From Geotalea uraniireducens Rf4 (GTDB lineage: Bacteria > Desulfobacterota > Desulfuromonadia > Geobacterales > Geobacteraceae): a stretch of 32,000 nucleotides of DNA. Every line of letters begins with the position of its first letter. Within the stretch, counting starts at the first letter, position 1. This document shows, one piece after another, positions 6,971 through 15,622 of this stretch. The stretch spans positions 4,200,001-4,232,000 of the forward strand of contig NC_009483.1 in NCBI RefSeq assembly GCF_000016745.1. The letters run 5' to 3'. A program made the translations under genes and the position numbers. The notes below the pieces were generated by a model. It had not been told where the DNA came from, searched no databases, and saw nothing but the letters and a program-made list of their open reading frames with translations.

Positions 6971-8311
6971 ATGAACAGCAATCAAGGAATGCAGTCACCA
7001 TTGTCCCCCCCTGCCCTGCCTCCTCATCGAAGGGCCTATCCGAGCAAGCTCTTTGTCGAAGCCACCACGCGCTGCAACCTCGGCTGTTTCATGTGCGTCA
7101 AACAGACCGATGGCTGCGGGATGACCGAGGGGGACCTGACGCCTGGCATCTTCGCCGCAGTGGAACCCGCCCTTCCCCATCTCGAAGCGCTGATACTCAA
7201 CGGCATCGGGGAACCGCTGCTTAATCCGCATCTGGCGGAATTCATCCGCAAGGCCAAAAGGCTAATGCCCGCAACGGGCTGGATCGGCTTCCAATCCAAC
7301 GGGCTGCTGCTCACCAACCTCCGGGCCATTTCCCTGGTCGAAGCGGGCCTGGACCGTATCTGCCTCTCCATGGACGCTGCATCACCTGAAACGTTCCGTA
7401 AGGTCCGGGAAGGTAGCGACATTCCCGACATCGAACACGCGATGGCAGCGCTCAACGCAGCCAAGGAGCGCTGCAACAGGCCGGAAGTCCGGGTAGGAAT
7501 CGAATTCGTACTCATGCGGAGCAATCTCGGGGAACTCCCAGCCGCGCTCCGCTGGGCCGCTGAGCATGGCGCCACCTTCGCCGTCGTGACCCATGTTCTT
7601 CCCTACGACGACCAGCACGCGGACGAGGCCGCCTATGGCTCATGCTCAGCCGCTGCAATCGCCCTGTTCGGCAGCTACAGGGCGATTGCAGCGCAACAAG
7701 GGCTGGATATCTACCGGTATTTCGAAGCACGCTGGAAGTACCGGAGAAATCCCGATGAACAGAAGCTGGTGGCCGTTATCGAGGCCATGAAGGCTGAAGC
7801 GGATGCGCGCGACATCTTCGTTGACATGAAAAAGCTTCTCCAACTGGATACCCGCCGGATTGAGGATGTTGTTGCGGTATTTGCCCAGGCCCGGGCAGTC
7901 GCCCTGGAGTGTGGCCTCGATCTCAGACTGCCGGAGGTCACCCTGCGGGAAAAGCGCCATTGCAGCTTCGTTGAAGACGGAGGCGCCTTCATTTCCTGGG
8001 AAGGGAATGTTTCCCCCTGCTATTTTCTTTGGCACCGCTACCGCTGCTTTGCCAGCGGCTGGCACCAGCAGGTGCAGCCCAAAGTGTTCGGCAACCTGGC
8101 TGAGCAGGGCATGCTGGAAATTTGGAACGATCCGGCCTTCCGGTCATTCCGGGAACAGGTGGTCGACTATGATTACCCTGATTGCTCCAGTTGCACCCTC
8201 GCCCCCTGCGACTACGTCCAGACCGAACGATTCGAACAGGACTGCCACATCAGAGATATCCCCTGTGGCGCCTGCCTCTGGTGCATGGGAATCTTTCAGT
8301 GTCTCCAGTGA
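6971..8311 (+). CDS. Radical SAM enzyme with C-terminal SPASM-type auxiliary cluster domain
   Basis: CNLGCFMC (CxxxCxxC) and GIGEPLLNP. The C-terminus is Cys-rich: CSFV...SPCYF...RC...CSSCTLAPCDY...CGACLWCMG. Start is uncertain: TTG 6944, ATG 6959 or ATG 6971. The last is preferred because GGGAG lies 5 nt upstream. Confidence 0.9.
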   Translation: MNSNQGMQSPLSPPALPPHRRAYPSKLFVEATTRCNLGCFMCVKQTDGCGMTEGDLTPGIFAAVEPALPHLEALILNGIGEPLLNPHLAEFIRKAKRLMPATGWIGFQSNGLLLTNLRAISLVEAGLDRICLSMDAASPETFRKVREGSDIPDIEHAMAALNAAKERCNRPEVRVGIEFVLMRSNLGELPAALRWAAEHGATFAVVTHVLPYDDQHADEAAYGSCSAAAIALFGSYRAIAAQQGLDIYRYFEARWKYRRNPDEQKLVAVIEAMKAEADARDIFVDMKKLLQLDTRRIEDVVAVFAQARAVALECGLDLRLPEVTLREKRHCSFVEDGGAFISWEGNVSPCYFLWHRYRCFASGWHQQVQPKVFGNLAEQGMLEIWNDPAFRSFREQVVDYDYPDCSSCTLAPCDYVQTERFEQDCHIRDIPCGACLWCMGIFQCLQ

Positions 8312-8320
8312 TACGACAGG

Positions 8321-9016
8321 CTAAAACCCTTTAAAGTCGGTAAGGGGAAGGACCGTGACCCCCTGGAGGTTGGGTGTCAGGGCAACATCCTCCACCGTCT
8401 GGTTGATTTCCGGTTCGTCAAAAACTATCCGCACCGTATCGCCGCGACGGTTGCCGAGCTCGATCGAAGCAGGAAATGCCACTCCGTTTACGTTCTGGTA
8501 ATCTTTGTAGACAACTTCGTCGCCATCGTCGGTTACCTTCCGCTGCATAAGCCCGTTGCGGTCGAAATAGATCCGCTCCCTGCGACCGTCGGCCATGGGT
8601 ATGTCCATTGAATCCGACGACGGACCGGTCTGCGGCGGACGCTCCACCACCCATTTCATCATCGCCAGGCTTTTCAAACCGCCACGGTCGGGCAATTCGG
8701 ACAAAAGGCCGCTGTAGGCAGTCTGTTTCGAAGGGATGAGGCAGGTAAACCGCTCGCTGTCGCTGAATACTTCGAGCAGGGTAAGGCCGAACGGCGAGAG
8801 GACGGCCAGGTGAAACCGGTCGGGTTGCTTGAAGATCAGGTAACCACGGCCGCCGGTGCTCCGGTCTGCGGTCTTGACGGAGATGGAAATGGAGGACTGG
8901 AGGGTTTCCGCCTCCCTGCCGGGCACTATGCCGCTGAGCGGCTTCTGTATGGTGGCGCAACCGGCAAAGAAGAGAATGGTGACCGAAATGAAAAATCGGG
9001 AAATGCTACTGGACAC
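8321..9016 (-). CDS. Lipoprotein, LolB/DUF4292-like fold suspected
   Basis: Signal peptide plus lipobox (ILFFAGC). Size and beta-rich composition resemble LolB-like outer-membrane lipoproteins. The family assignment is tentative. Confidence 0.55.
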   Translation of the reverse strand: MSSSISRFFISVTILFFAGCATIQKPLSGIVPGREAETLQSSISISVKTADRSTGGRGYLIFKQPDRFHLAVLSPFGLTLLEVFSDSERFTCLIPSKQTAYSGLLSELPDRGGLKSLAMMKWVVERPPQTGPSSDSMDIPMADGRRERIYFDRNGLMQRKVTDDGDEVVYKDYQNVNGVAFPASIELGNRRGDTVRIVFDEPEINQTVEDVALTPNLQGVTVLPLTDFKGF

Positions 9017-9031
9017 GAAAGGTTCTCCTTC

Positions 9032-9610
9032 TCACTTCACCCCACCGATACCGATGCTGTCCGCGATATTGACTGCCAACGCCCTGACCTGCGCCGGGTA
9101 CATGATGCCTAAACCTGCCAGAACGCCTATCAACAGGAAAAGACAAAGAATGATGATCGTTGTTTTCGTAAAATACTGGTTAAGGATCTTTTCCGTTTTG
9201 GTATAAATCCGAGCTTTACAGATGGGGCAGGTCTTTGATCCTATGCTGATCGCATTCCTGCACGACGGGCAATTCATGAGGCGGCTTTTTTCCACCTTTA
9301 CAGCAGTGGCGGCTCTGCTGGTTTTCGTCCCATCTGCTTCTCTCATGCCTGCCTTCAGGCATTCTTTAGCCTTGGCATTATAAGTAATCGACCCCTTGAT
9401 TTTGTCGTACATCTCTTTGACAAGCACCATGCTGTTTCTGGCGTGCTCACGCACCGCCGGATCCAGTGACGCCAGGTTTTTTCTGTATTCCTCCGTCAAT
9501 AACTTATACGCCCGCTCAATCTGCTCGGGAGAATCATCGATCGAGATCCCCATTGCCTTATAGCAGAGTATCACATCCGTCAGCTCTTTGTCTTGATCAA
9601 CATCGCCCAT
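9032..9610 (-). CDS. J-like domain protein lacking HPD, with zinc ribbon and C-terminal TM helix
   Basis: AAGGAGG SD. J-like helix pattern CYKAMGISIDDSPEQIERAYKLLTEEYRKNLASLDP, with no HPD tripeptide. Zinc ribbon CPSCRNAISIGSKTCPIC. Hydrophobic helix TTIIILCLFLLIGVLAGLGIM. Confidence 0.6.
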   Translation of the reverse strand: MGDVDQDKELTDVILCYKAMGISIDDSPEQIERAYKLLTEEYRKNLASLDPAVREHARNSMVLVKEMYDKIKGSITYNAKAKECLKAGMREADGTKTSRAATAVKVEKSRLMNCPSCRNAISIGSKTCPICKARIYTKTEKILNQYFTKTTIIILCLFLLIGVLAGLGIMYPAQVRALAVNIADSIGIGGVK

Positions 9611-9715
9611 ATGCCTGGGACCTCCTTATAGTGAAAGCTCGACCACTCCATAACATTACACAATCACTCGCAACCTCTTACCTGGGCGGCTGTTGATGAA
9701 CACCCGCCGCCAAGT

Positions 9716-9884
9716 CTAGGAGTCTGTCGGACTTAGGGAATCGTAGCGAGAGAATGGCAAATCGAGGACAGATTTTCGGAAATTTGAGAGCGAATAGTGG
9801 ACCTATTTGTCGAAAATTTCCGGAAATATGGACCGATTTTCCGTTCTCGCAGTAGATTCATTCCTAAGTCCGACAGGCTCCTAG
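9716..9884. mobile_element. 169-bp imperfect palindrome with about 23-bp terminal inverted repeats (MITE-like)
   Basis: Termini are CTAGGAGTCTGTCGGACTTAGG (left) and CCTAAGTCCGACAGGCTCCTAG (right), with 1 mismatch. The interior arms are also largely self-complementary (gattttcggaaattt / aaaatttccggaaat). No coding capacity. The right arm overlaps the last 7 codons of the GH13 gene, stop included. Confidence 0.6.
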
Positions 9885-12800
9885 ATACACGTCCAGCCGA
9901 TAGCCGGCCTCGGCAGCCTGTTCCAGAAGCAGAGTGGTCTGCCGGTAGAAACGGGGCAACAAAGCCGGCGCCTCCCGGCTCTCAGCAACCTCCCCGTAAG
10001 CTCTGAGCACCGCTGCCAGAAAGAGGCTGCGAAGCAGGAACTCCAAACGCTCCTTGTTGCACCACCGGCGGCCGTCGCTTACATGGACCAGACAGAACTG
10101 CTGCACAAGCGGATCGTCGAACAGCATTTGCAGCCGCCCCGTTTCCGGGAGATCAAGGAACCCCTGCCAGCGAACCATAAGCCGCAAAAGGATAATGGAA
10201 TCGGCCGGCGCCAGGGACGCAGGTTCGGCATCCGGCCGGCCGGCCGCGGCACAAAGAACTTCTTCCACCGCACGTTCAAGACCGAACTCATGCAATATTT
10301 CGGCCGAACGAACCTCCCAGCCGGTCTTCTCATTCAGCATTCCAAGCCGGTGAAAGAAAAGCCAGGCAACGGCAACGATTTGCGGCGCGCCGGCGCCGGA
10401 CATGGCTTGCAATGCCAGTCTCCGGGCGGCAGCAACCTCTCCGTCGCCTTCTTCCGTTGCCAGGCCGCCAAGAAAAGCAAGCTCCCGGGCAATTGCAGAG
10501 ACGATCGCCCGAACCTGCTCCCATCCTTCCACGTAAACGGCCAGTGCCTCAAGAAATGCCGTAAACCGCGCTGCATGCGGCTCCCATGCCGGACTTTCCG
10601 CTTTTCCCGTGACGGCAAATTCCCCGGAAAGCAAAATCGGTCGATCGGCGAGAAGCTGGCGCGCAAGGTCGATCACCCCCTTGAACCTGACCTGCTTGAT
10701 CTCCTCGTCGATGCTCGCGACCGGCCTGCCGCCAAGATCATGGCAGAGCCGTCCCCAGGTACCGTAGTCGTCATCGATAATCTCGCGGAAATCGAGGAAA
10801 GCGTGGTATTCGAAGGCCTCAAGCTCGACGAAGAGCCCTTTTTCATAAAGTTCGCGTCCTGAACGGATATACTCCAGGCCGGTCGCATAATCGCGGAAAC
10901 CGTAGTAATAGCGGCCGTCGGGATTAAAGTCCAGCGCGGAACCCAAGGTCTTCTGCACCAGTGCAGTTTCCCCCGCCCCGTCTTTTACGGCAATGGACGT
11001 GGAGGTGCGTATCCAGCCGGCTGTTTCTGCGAACTTGTTGTGGTAGAGGATGATCCCCCGTTCGGAATCTTTCCGGTTGGAGTAGGCAAAGACATCCTCG
11101 TTCACGTGGCCGCCGGCGAAGAAATCGTAGAAAACGAAGTTCTCGGAACCGCTGAACAGCCAGCGCTTGCGCATCAGCGGGAATATCTTCTCTTCATGCA
11201 TCCGCACCATGTGCTCGTCCACCGGTTCGTCCCAGTATGAGCGCCGGTACTCCATGCCGTATTTCTCGTGGAACCCCTCGATCTGGCCGTGGCCGATCAT
11301 GGGGAGTCCCGGCATGGTGACGAGCAGCACGCAGGCGCCGAAGTACTTCCCCTCCTTGCCGAACTGCTCCACAGCGGTCTTTTCGTCCGGATTGCTCATG
11401 AAGTTGACGAAGCGCGGCAGGATGCGGTGGTCGTATTCGAGGACGTTCTTCAGCGTCTGGCGATACTTGGCATTCTCCTCCATCTTGAGCATGTTCATGA
11501 AGGCGCTGTTGTAGACCCGGTGCATGCCGAGGGTGCGGACGAAATACCCCTCCATGAGCCAGAACGCCTCGGCGAGAAGGAGCGTATCCGGCGCTTCGGC
11601 AGCTACCCGGTCGACCACCTCGCGCCAAAACTCTTCAGGGAAGGCGGCGTCGAACTCCTCCCGGCTCATGCAGTGCTCAGCGCGCGACGGAACTCCGCTG
11701 CCGAGCCCGGGCTGGGGGTACCAGAGGCGCTGGTAATGCTTCTTGGCCAGGGTCATGGCAGCATCGAAACGGATGATCGGGAACTGCCGGGCAACGTGGA
11801 GGATGGTCTGGATTACCGTCTCCCGCACCTGTGGAATGAGGTAGTTGAGCTGGGCGGTATCGTTCCAGGGGGTGGAGGTGCCGTCGTTGCCGTGGTAGAT
11901 GTAACGGGTCCGGCCGTCGCGGTGGTCGTAGTGTTTGAACACCACTGCCGCGTCCCGCTTGTCCCAGTAACCGTCCTCGATGTGGAGGCTGACTTCGGGG
12001 GAAAAGGAGAGGTCGGGGCCGTTGAAGGAGTAAGAAGGGTACGGCGGATAATCCAGCTGGACGAACCAGTCGGGGTGCTCGATGGTCCATTTGGAGTAGA
12101 TGCCGGTGTGATTCGGCACCATATCGCTCGCCAGGCGGATGCCCCGCTGACGGCATCGCTCCTTGAGGCTTGCGAGTGCCTCCGCCCCTCCCAGGTCATG
12201 GGCGATGACATAGTCGTAGAGCGAGTAGGCGGAAGAGATGGCATCCGGGTTGCCGGCAATCTGCTTGATCCGTTGCGAAGCCGGCGACCGCTCCCAAAGG
12301 CCGATCAGCCAGAGGCCGGTAAATCCCCAGCGGGAGAGGGTATCGAGCTCCTCGTCCGGCACCTGGTCGAGACGGTGGATGGCACGCCGGTACTTCCGGG
12401 ACAACTGGTCGAGCCAGACGTAGACCATTTTGGCCAGCATCACCACGTTGGCCATCCAGTCGGCGTCAGGAGAGAAGCGCTCGTACTCGGGATAATGGTC
12501 ACCCGGACCCCGGCCGAACTTCGGCACCGCAATCCCCCCCGGCTCCCCACGCGGGGCAAAAATTCGCGACTCTTCATGGACGACGGTGAATGCAGAGGAA
12601 ATCTCAAGGAGCAGTTCCGGAGGCAGAATTGCATGCCAGTTTTGCCTGATGTATTCCAGTTGATCGTAAAGCGAGGCGGGCGATGACTTAAGCGGTGCAC
12701 GTAAAAGGTCCGGCAGGGACAGGCCAAAGGGCTTAACCGGCAAAGCTCGGGCCAGTTCCCGTTCCATCCCTTCCACTGCGAGACGGTAATCGCTTCTGGC

Positions 12801-13331
12801 AGCAAGCTCGCTATCGTCCAACAATCTGCGGAAATCTTCCACCGCCCGGTTTTCTCCTGCCAGGGCAAGCAGCAGCAGCTCTTTGGCCCCCAGCTTCTTT
12901 CTGCCATGCTGCGGATCGTCGTCTGCCAGCCAGATCGTCAGCTCGGCTGCATCACCGAACAATTGGGCAGTACCGGGAAAAAGCGCTACAAAGTTTTCCA
13001 GCACAGTATAAAGCCTTTCGGAATCACAGGCAAATCCGGCGGAAGCCAACGCCTGATCGAGAACACCGGGGTGCTGTTCCTCGGTGTAAAGGTCTATGAC
13101 ATGGCGAAAGACAGTGGTGAGCAGGGCATACAGCTTCAATTGCCCAGCCTGCACCGGCCGATCTCCGGATCTGGTCAGCCTGTCTCCCAGGCCGCGAAAG
13201 AACATGATTTCCGGCAGCCGACGCGCCCGAACCTCTCTGGACACAGGCGCCATCTCCAGCGTCTTCCACATTTTTTTTCGTATCTGGATACCGAAGGGAA
13301 AATATTCCGCCCTGTCTTTTCGCACTCTCAT
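9864..13331 (-). CDS. Large alpha-amylase family (GH13) protein, 1155 aa
   Basis: GH13 conserved regions in order: DMVPNHTG, IIRFDAAMTLAKKH, LLLAEAFW, FVNFMSNPDE. The catalytic core occupies roughly the middle third and long N- and C-terminal regions are unassigned. The start codon is uncertain. Confidence 0.85.
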   Translation of the reverse strand: MRVRKDRAEYFPFGIQIRKKMWKTLEMAPVSREVRARRLPEIMFFRGLGDRLTRSGDRPVQAGQLKLYALLTTVFRHVIDLYTEEQHPGVLDQALASAGFACDSERLYTVLENFVALFPGTAQLFGDAAELTIWLADDDPQHGRKKLGAKELLLLALAGENRAVEDFRRLLDDSELAARSDYRLAVEGMERELARALPVKPFGLSLPDLLRAPLKSSPASLYDQLEYIRQNWHAILPPELLLEISSAFTVVHEESRIFAPRGEPGGIAVPKFGRGPGDHYPEYERFSPDADWMANVVMLAKMVYVWLDQLSRKYRRAIHRLDQVPDEELDTLSRWGFTGLWLIGLWERSPASQRIKQIAGNPDAISSAYSLYDYVIAHDLGGAEALASLKERCRQRGIRLASDMVPNHTGIYSKWTIEHPDWFVQLDYPPYPSYSFNGPDLSFSPEVSLHIEDGYWDKRDAAVVFKHYDHRDGRTRYIYHGNDGTSTPWNDTAQLNYLIPQVRETVIQTILHVARQFPIIRFDAAMTLAKKHYQRLWYPQPGLGSGVPSRAEHCMSREEFDAAFPEEFWREVVDRVAAEAPDTLLLAEAFWLMEGYFVRTLGMHRVYNSAFMNMLKMEENAKYRQTLKNVLEYDHRILPRFVNFMSNPDEKTAVEQFGKEGKYFGACVLLVTMPGLPMIGHGQIEGFHEKYGMEYRRSYWDEPVDEHMVRMHEEKIFPLMRKRWLFSGSENFVFYDFFAGGHVNEDVFAYSNRKDSERGIILYHNKFAETAGWIRTSTSIAVKDGAGETALVQKTLGSALDFNPDGRYYYGFRDYATGLEYIRSGRELYEKGLFVELEAFEYHAFLDFREIIDDDYGTWGRLCHDLGGRPVASIDEEIKQVRFKGVIDLARQLLADRPILLSGEFAVTGKAESPAWEPHAARFTAFLEALAVYVEGWEQVRAIVSAIARELAFLGGLATEEGDGEVAAARRLALQAMSGAGAPQIVAVAWLFFHRLGMLNEKTGWEVRSAEILHEFGLERAVEEVLCAAAGRPDAEPASLAPADSIILLRLMVRWQGFLDLPETGRLQMLFDDPLVQQFCLVHVSDGRRWCNKERLEFLLRSLFLAAVLRAYGEVAESREAPALLPRFYRQTTLLLEQAAEAGYRLDVYLGACRT

Positions 13332-13386
13332 TTACACCTCAGTCAGAAACCGCCAGCGGCTCAGGAAAACATCAGCCCTGTTCCGG

Positions 13387-13638
13387 TTATTCACCCTTGA
13401 AGGCCTTGCCGACATCCTTACCCATACGCTTGAAGGCCTTGCCGGTTGCCTTGCCCGAATCCTTGAACGCCTTCCCCACCGCTTTGCCGGATTTTTTCGC
13501 GACCTTGCCGGTGGCCTTCCCCATCTGCTTGAAGCCTTTGCCGACGTTCTTTCCACCCTGTTTGAATCCTTCTTCGGCATTAACCGCAGTAATGAACATT
13601 AGCAGACAGATTGCAGTAATGGCTAGTTTTTTAATCAT
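13387..13638 (-). CDS. Small secreted Lys/Gly-rich protein built from five 11-residue repeats
   Basis: GGGAGA SD and a signal peptide, MIKKLAITAICLLMFITAVNA. Repeats: GKNVGKGFKQM, GKATGKVAKKS, GKAVGKAFKDS, GKATGKAFKRM, GKDVGKAFKGE. These correspond to a 33-bp DNA tandem repeat. Confidence 0.7.
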   Translation of the reverse strand: MIKKLAITAICLLMFITAVNAEEGFKQGGKNVGKGFKQMGKATGKVAKKSGKAVGKAFKDSGKATGKAFKRMGKDVGKAFKGE

Positions 13639-13928
13639 AACGTCTCCCGCGCAGGCCAGCCCTGCCTTAGTGTTTTACATGTTTAGCCACCGGAGCATTA
13701 TACCGTATCAGTGCAGGGTTGCCACTCTTTTTCAGGCGTCCGGCCGGCACGGTTGCCCATGTACGAGGCAGATAGCCGGTGACAGACAACTTAAAAAGCT
13801 ATATCACCGCAGATAAAAAGCGTCAAGCGCTCTTGCCGGCACGAAACGGGGTCTGAGCACAAATACACGCGGGGGAACCATCACTTCGACGGTCCGCCCA
13901 GACGACCAGACAGCCGCACCGTTTGTGT

Positions 13929-13957
13929 TTGCTTTATTCCATCAAACAATTTAGCAT
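13929..13957 (+). promoter_or_regulatory. Possible sigma-70-type promoter for the B12-radical SAM gene
   Basis: TTGCTT (13929-13934), a 17-nt spacer, then TAGCAT (13952-13957), about 48 nt upstream of the TTG start at 14005. Pattern match only. Confidence 0.25.
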
Positions 13958-14004
13958 AGGCGCCATTACGTCCCTGCCACAATACTCACCCCGAAGGAGC
14001 ACCA

Positions 14005-15423
14005 TTGAAAGCCCTGTTTGTCCATCCCCACGGCAAGAACTGGTTGGGGACCATGAAGGATATCAGTTCCATCTTCAACCTGATGCCGCCGCTGGGCATG
14101 ATGAGCATTGCCGCCTACCTGGAGGCAAGGGGGATGGAGGTGGAGCTGATCGACTGTTACGCCCATCCCGTCTCCACGGCAGAGCTGGTTGCCGGGATCA
14201 TCGCAAAAGCGCCCGACGTGGTCGGCTTTTCCTGCACCACCTCTTCATTCCTGGAAGGATACCAGATAGCGCTCCGCCTCAAGGAGCTGGCGCCGCAGAT
14301 CAGGGTGGTGTTCGGCGGCGCCCATGCCTGCTCGGTCGGGGTATCCCTCCTGGACGATTTTCCGGCCATCGATTACCTGGTTATCGGAGAAGGAGAGGTA
14401 ACCTTTTTTGAACTGCTGGCCAGCGGCTTCAGCGGCGTGGAGGCGATCCCGGGAATCGGTTTCCGCCTGGACGGCAAAGGGGCGTTCAGCGGCAATCGCG
14501 AACATATCGCCGACCTCGACACCCTCCCCTTCCCCGCCTATCGCCGGCTGGCCGATTTCCCCGGCCGCTACAACCTTCCGCTGTTCAGCTACCCCCACGC
14601 CCCAAACACCAGCATCATTTCCAGCCGGGGCTGCCCCTACAACTGCAGCTACTGCGACAGATCCGTGTTCAGCCGAGGCTTCCGCTTCAACTCCCCCGCA
14701 TACATCTTCGAGCACCTGAAGTATCTGCACCGGGATTTCGGCATCCGCCACGTCTTTTTCTACGACGACCTGTTCACCTTCGACCGCAACCGCGTCGAAG
14801 AACTGTGCCGCCTGCTGGTGGACAGCCGGCTGCCGGTAACCTACAACTGCATCGCCCGGCTTGAACATGTGGATTGCGAACTGGTGGGTCTGCTCAAGAA
14901 GTCCGGCTGCTGGCAGGTAAACTTCGGCGTCGAATCCGGCGACCCGGAGATCCTGAAAAAACACCGCAAGTACATGGCGCTGGACGCTGTGCAGCAAAAG
15001 CTCCGGATGGTCGGGGATGCCGGAATGAGGGTCAAGGGACTGTTCATGGTCGGGCTGCCGGGAGAGGATGAAACAGCGATCCGGCGCACCATCGACTATG
15101 CCCTGACACTGCCGCTGGACGAAATCAACGTGACCAAGTTCACCCCGTTCCCCGGAGCGCCCATCTACCGGAACATCCGTGAGCAGGGGGAATTCAATGA
15201 AGAATGGCCGGCAATGAACTGCATGAACTTCGTCTTCATCCCCCACGGAATGACGAAGGCGCAGCTGGAGGACCTCTACAACGAATTCATCCGCCGCTTC
15301 TACCGCCGCAGCCGGATTCACTGGGGCTACACCAGGATGATCTGGAAATCGCCCCACAGCATAGCCATGTTCCTGCGCAACCTGCCGGAAATCCTCAGGT
15401 TCGAGATGCAGCAGAAATGGTAA
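14005..15423 (+). CDS. B12-binding domain radical SAM protein (class B)
   Basis: GAAGGAG SD 5 nt before TTG 14005. N-terminal Rossmann-like B12-binding region (PPLGMMSIAAYLEARGMEVELID, VVGFSCTT). Radical SAM motif SSRGCPYNCSYCD. Confidence 0.9.
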   Translation: MKALFVHPHGKNWLGTMKDISSIFNLMPPLGMMSIAAYLEARGMEVELIDCYAHPVSTAELVAGIIAKAPDVVGFSCTTSSFLEGYQIALRLKELAPQIRVVFGGAHACSVGVSLLDDFPAIDYLVIGEGEVTFFELLASGFSGVEAIPGIGFRLDGKGAFSGNREHIADLDTLPFPAYRRLADFPGRYNLPLFSYPHAPNTSIISSRGCPYNCSYCDRSVFSRGFRFNSPAYIFEHLKYLHRDFGIRHVFFYDDLFTFDRNRVEELCRLLVDSRLPVTYNCIARLEHVDCELVGLLKKSGCWQVNFGVESGDPEILKKHRKYMALDAVQQKLRMVGDAGMRVKGLFMVGLPGEDETAIRRTIDYALTLPLDEINVTKFTPFPGAPIYRNIREQGEFNEEWPAMNCMNFVFIPHGMTKAQLEDLYNEFIRRFYRRSRIHWGYTRMIWKSPHSIAMFLRNLPEILRFEMQQKW

Positions 15424-15442
15424 TCCTATAAAAAGCATTTTA

Positions 15443-15572
15443 GCCACGAATTTTCACGAATTCGCACGAATATACAAGCTCTTGTGATGCGGAAGACACT
15501 CACCAGATCGGTGACAACTCAAGACTTAATAAGGGGTTAAAAACATTCGTGTTTATTCGTGTCATTCGTGGC
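15443..15572. repeat. Long hairpin with oligomer-repeat arms (GCCACGAATTTTCACGAATTCGCACGAATA ... ATTCGTGTTTATTCGTGTCATTCGTGGC)
   Basis: Arms at 15443-15472 and 15545-15572 are complementary, each built from reiterated CACGAAT / ATTCGTG units. About 70 nt lie between them. Confidence 0.8.
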
Positions 15573-15622
15573 TAACTGCCGTTTGGGGGGTAATAGTTGA
15601 CTGGACTCACGAAGGGGCGCAT

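Noticed and set aside
9684-9710. GGCGGC...GCCGCC hairpin as an intrinsic terminator for the GH13 gene.
   Set aside because: No T-run follows it on the minus strand, and it lies beyond the 169-bp palindrome, which is itself a stronger structure.
13639-14004. Cobalamin riboswitch in the 365-nt leader of the B12-binding radical SAM gene.
   Set aside because: I could not find a B12-box-like sequence or the expected paired elements by eye. A covariance-model scan (Rfam cobalamin) would be needed to settle it.
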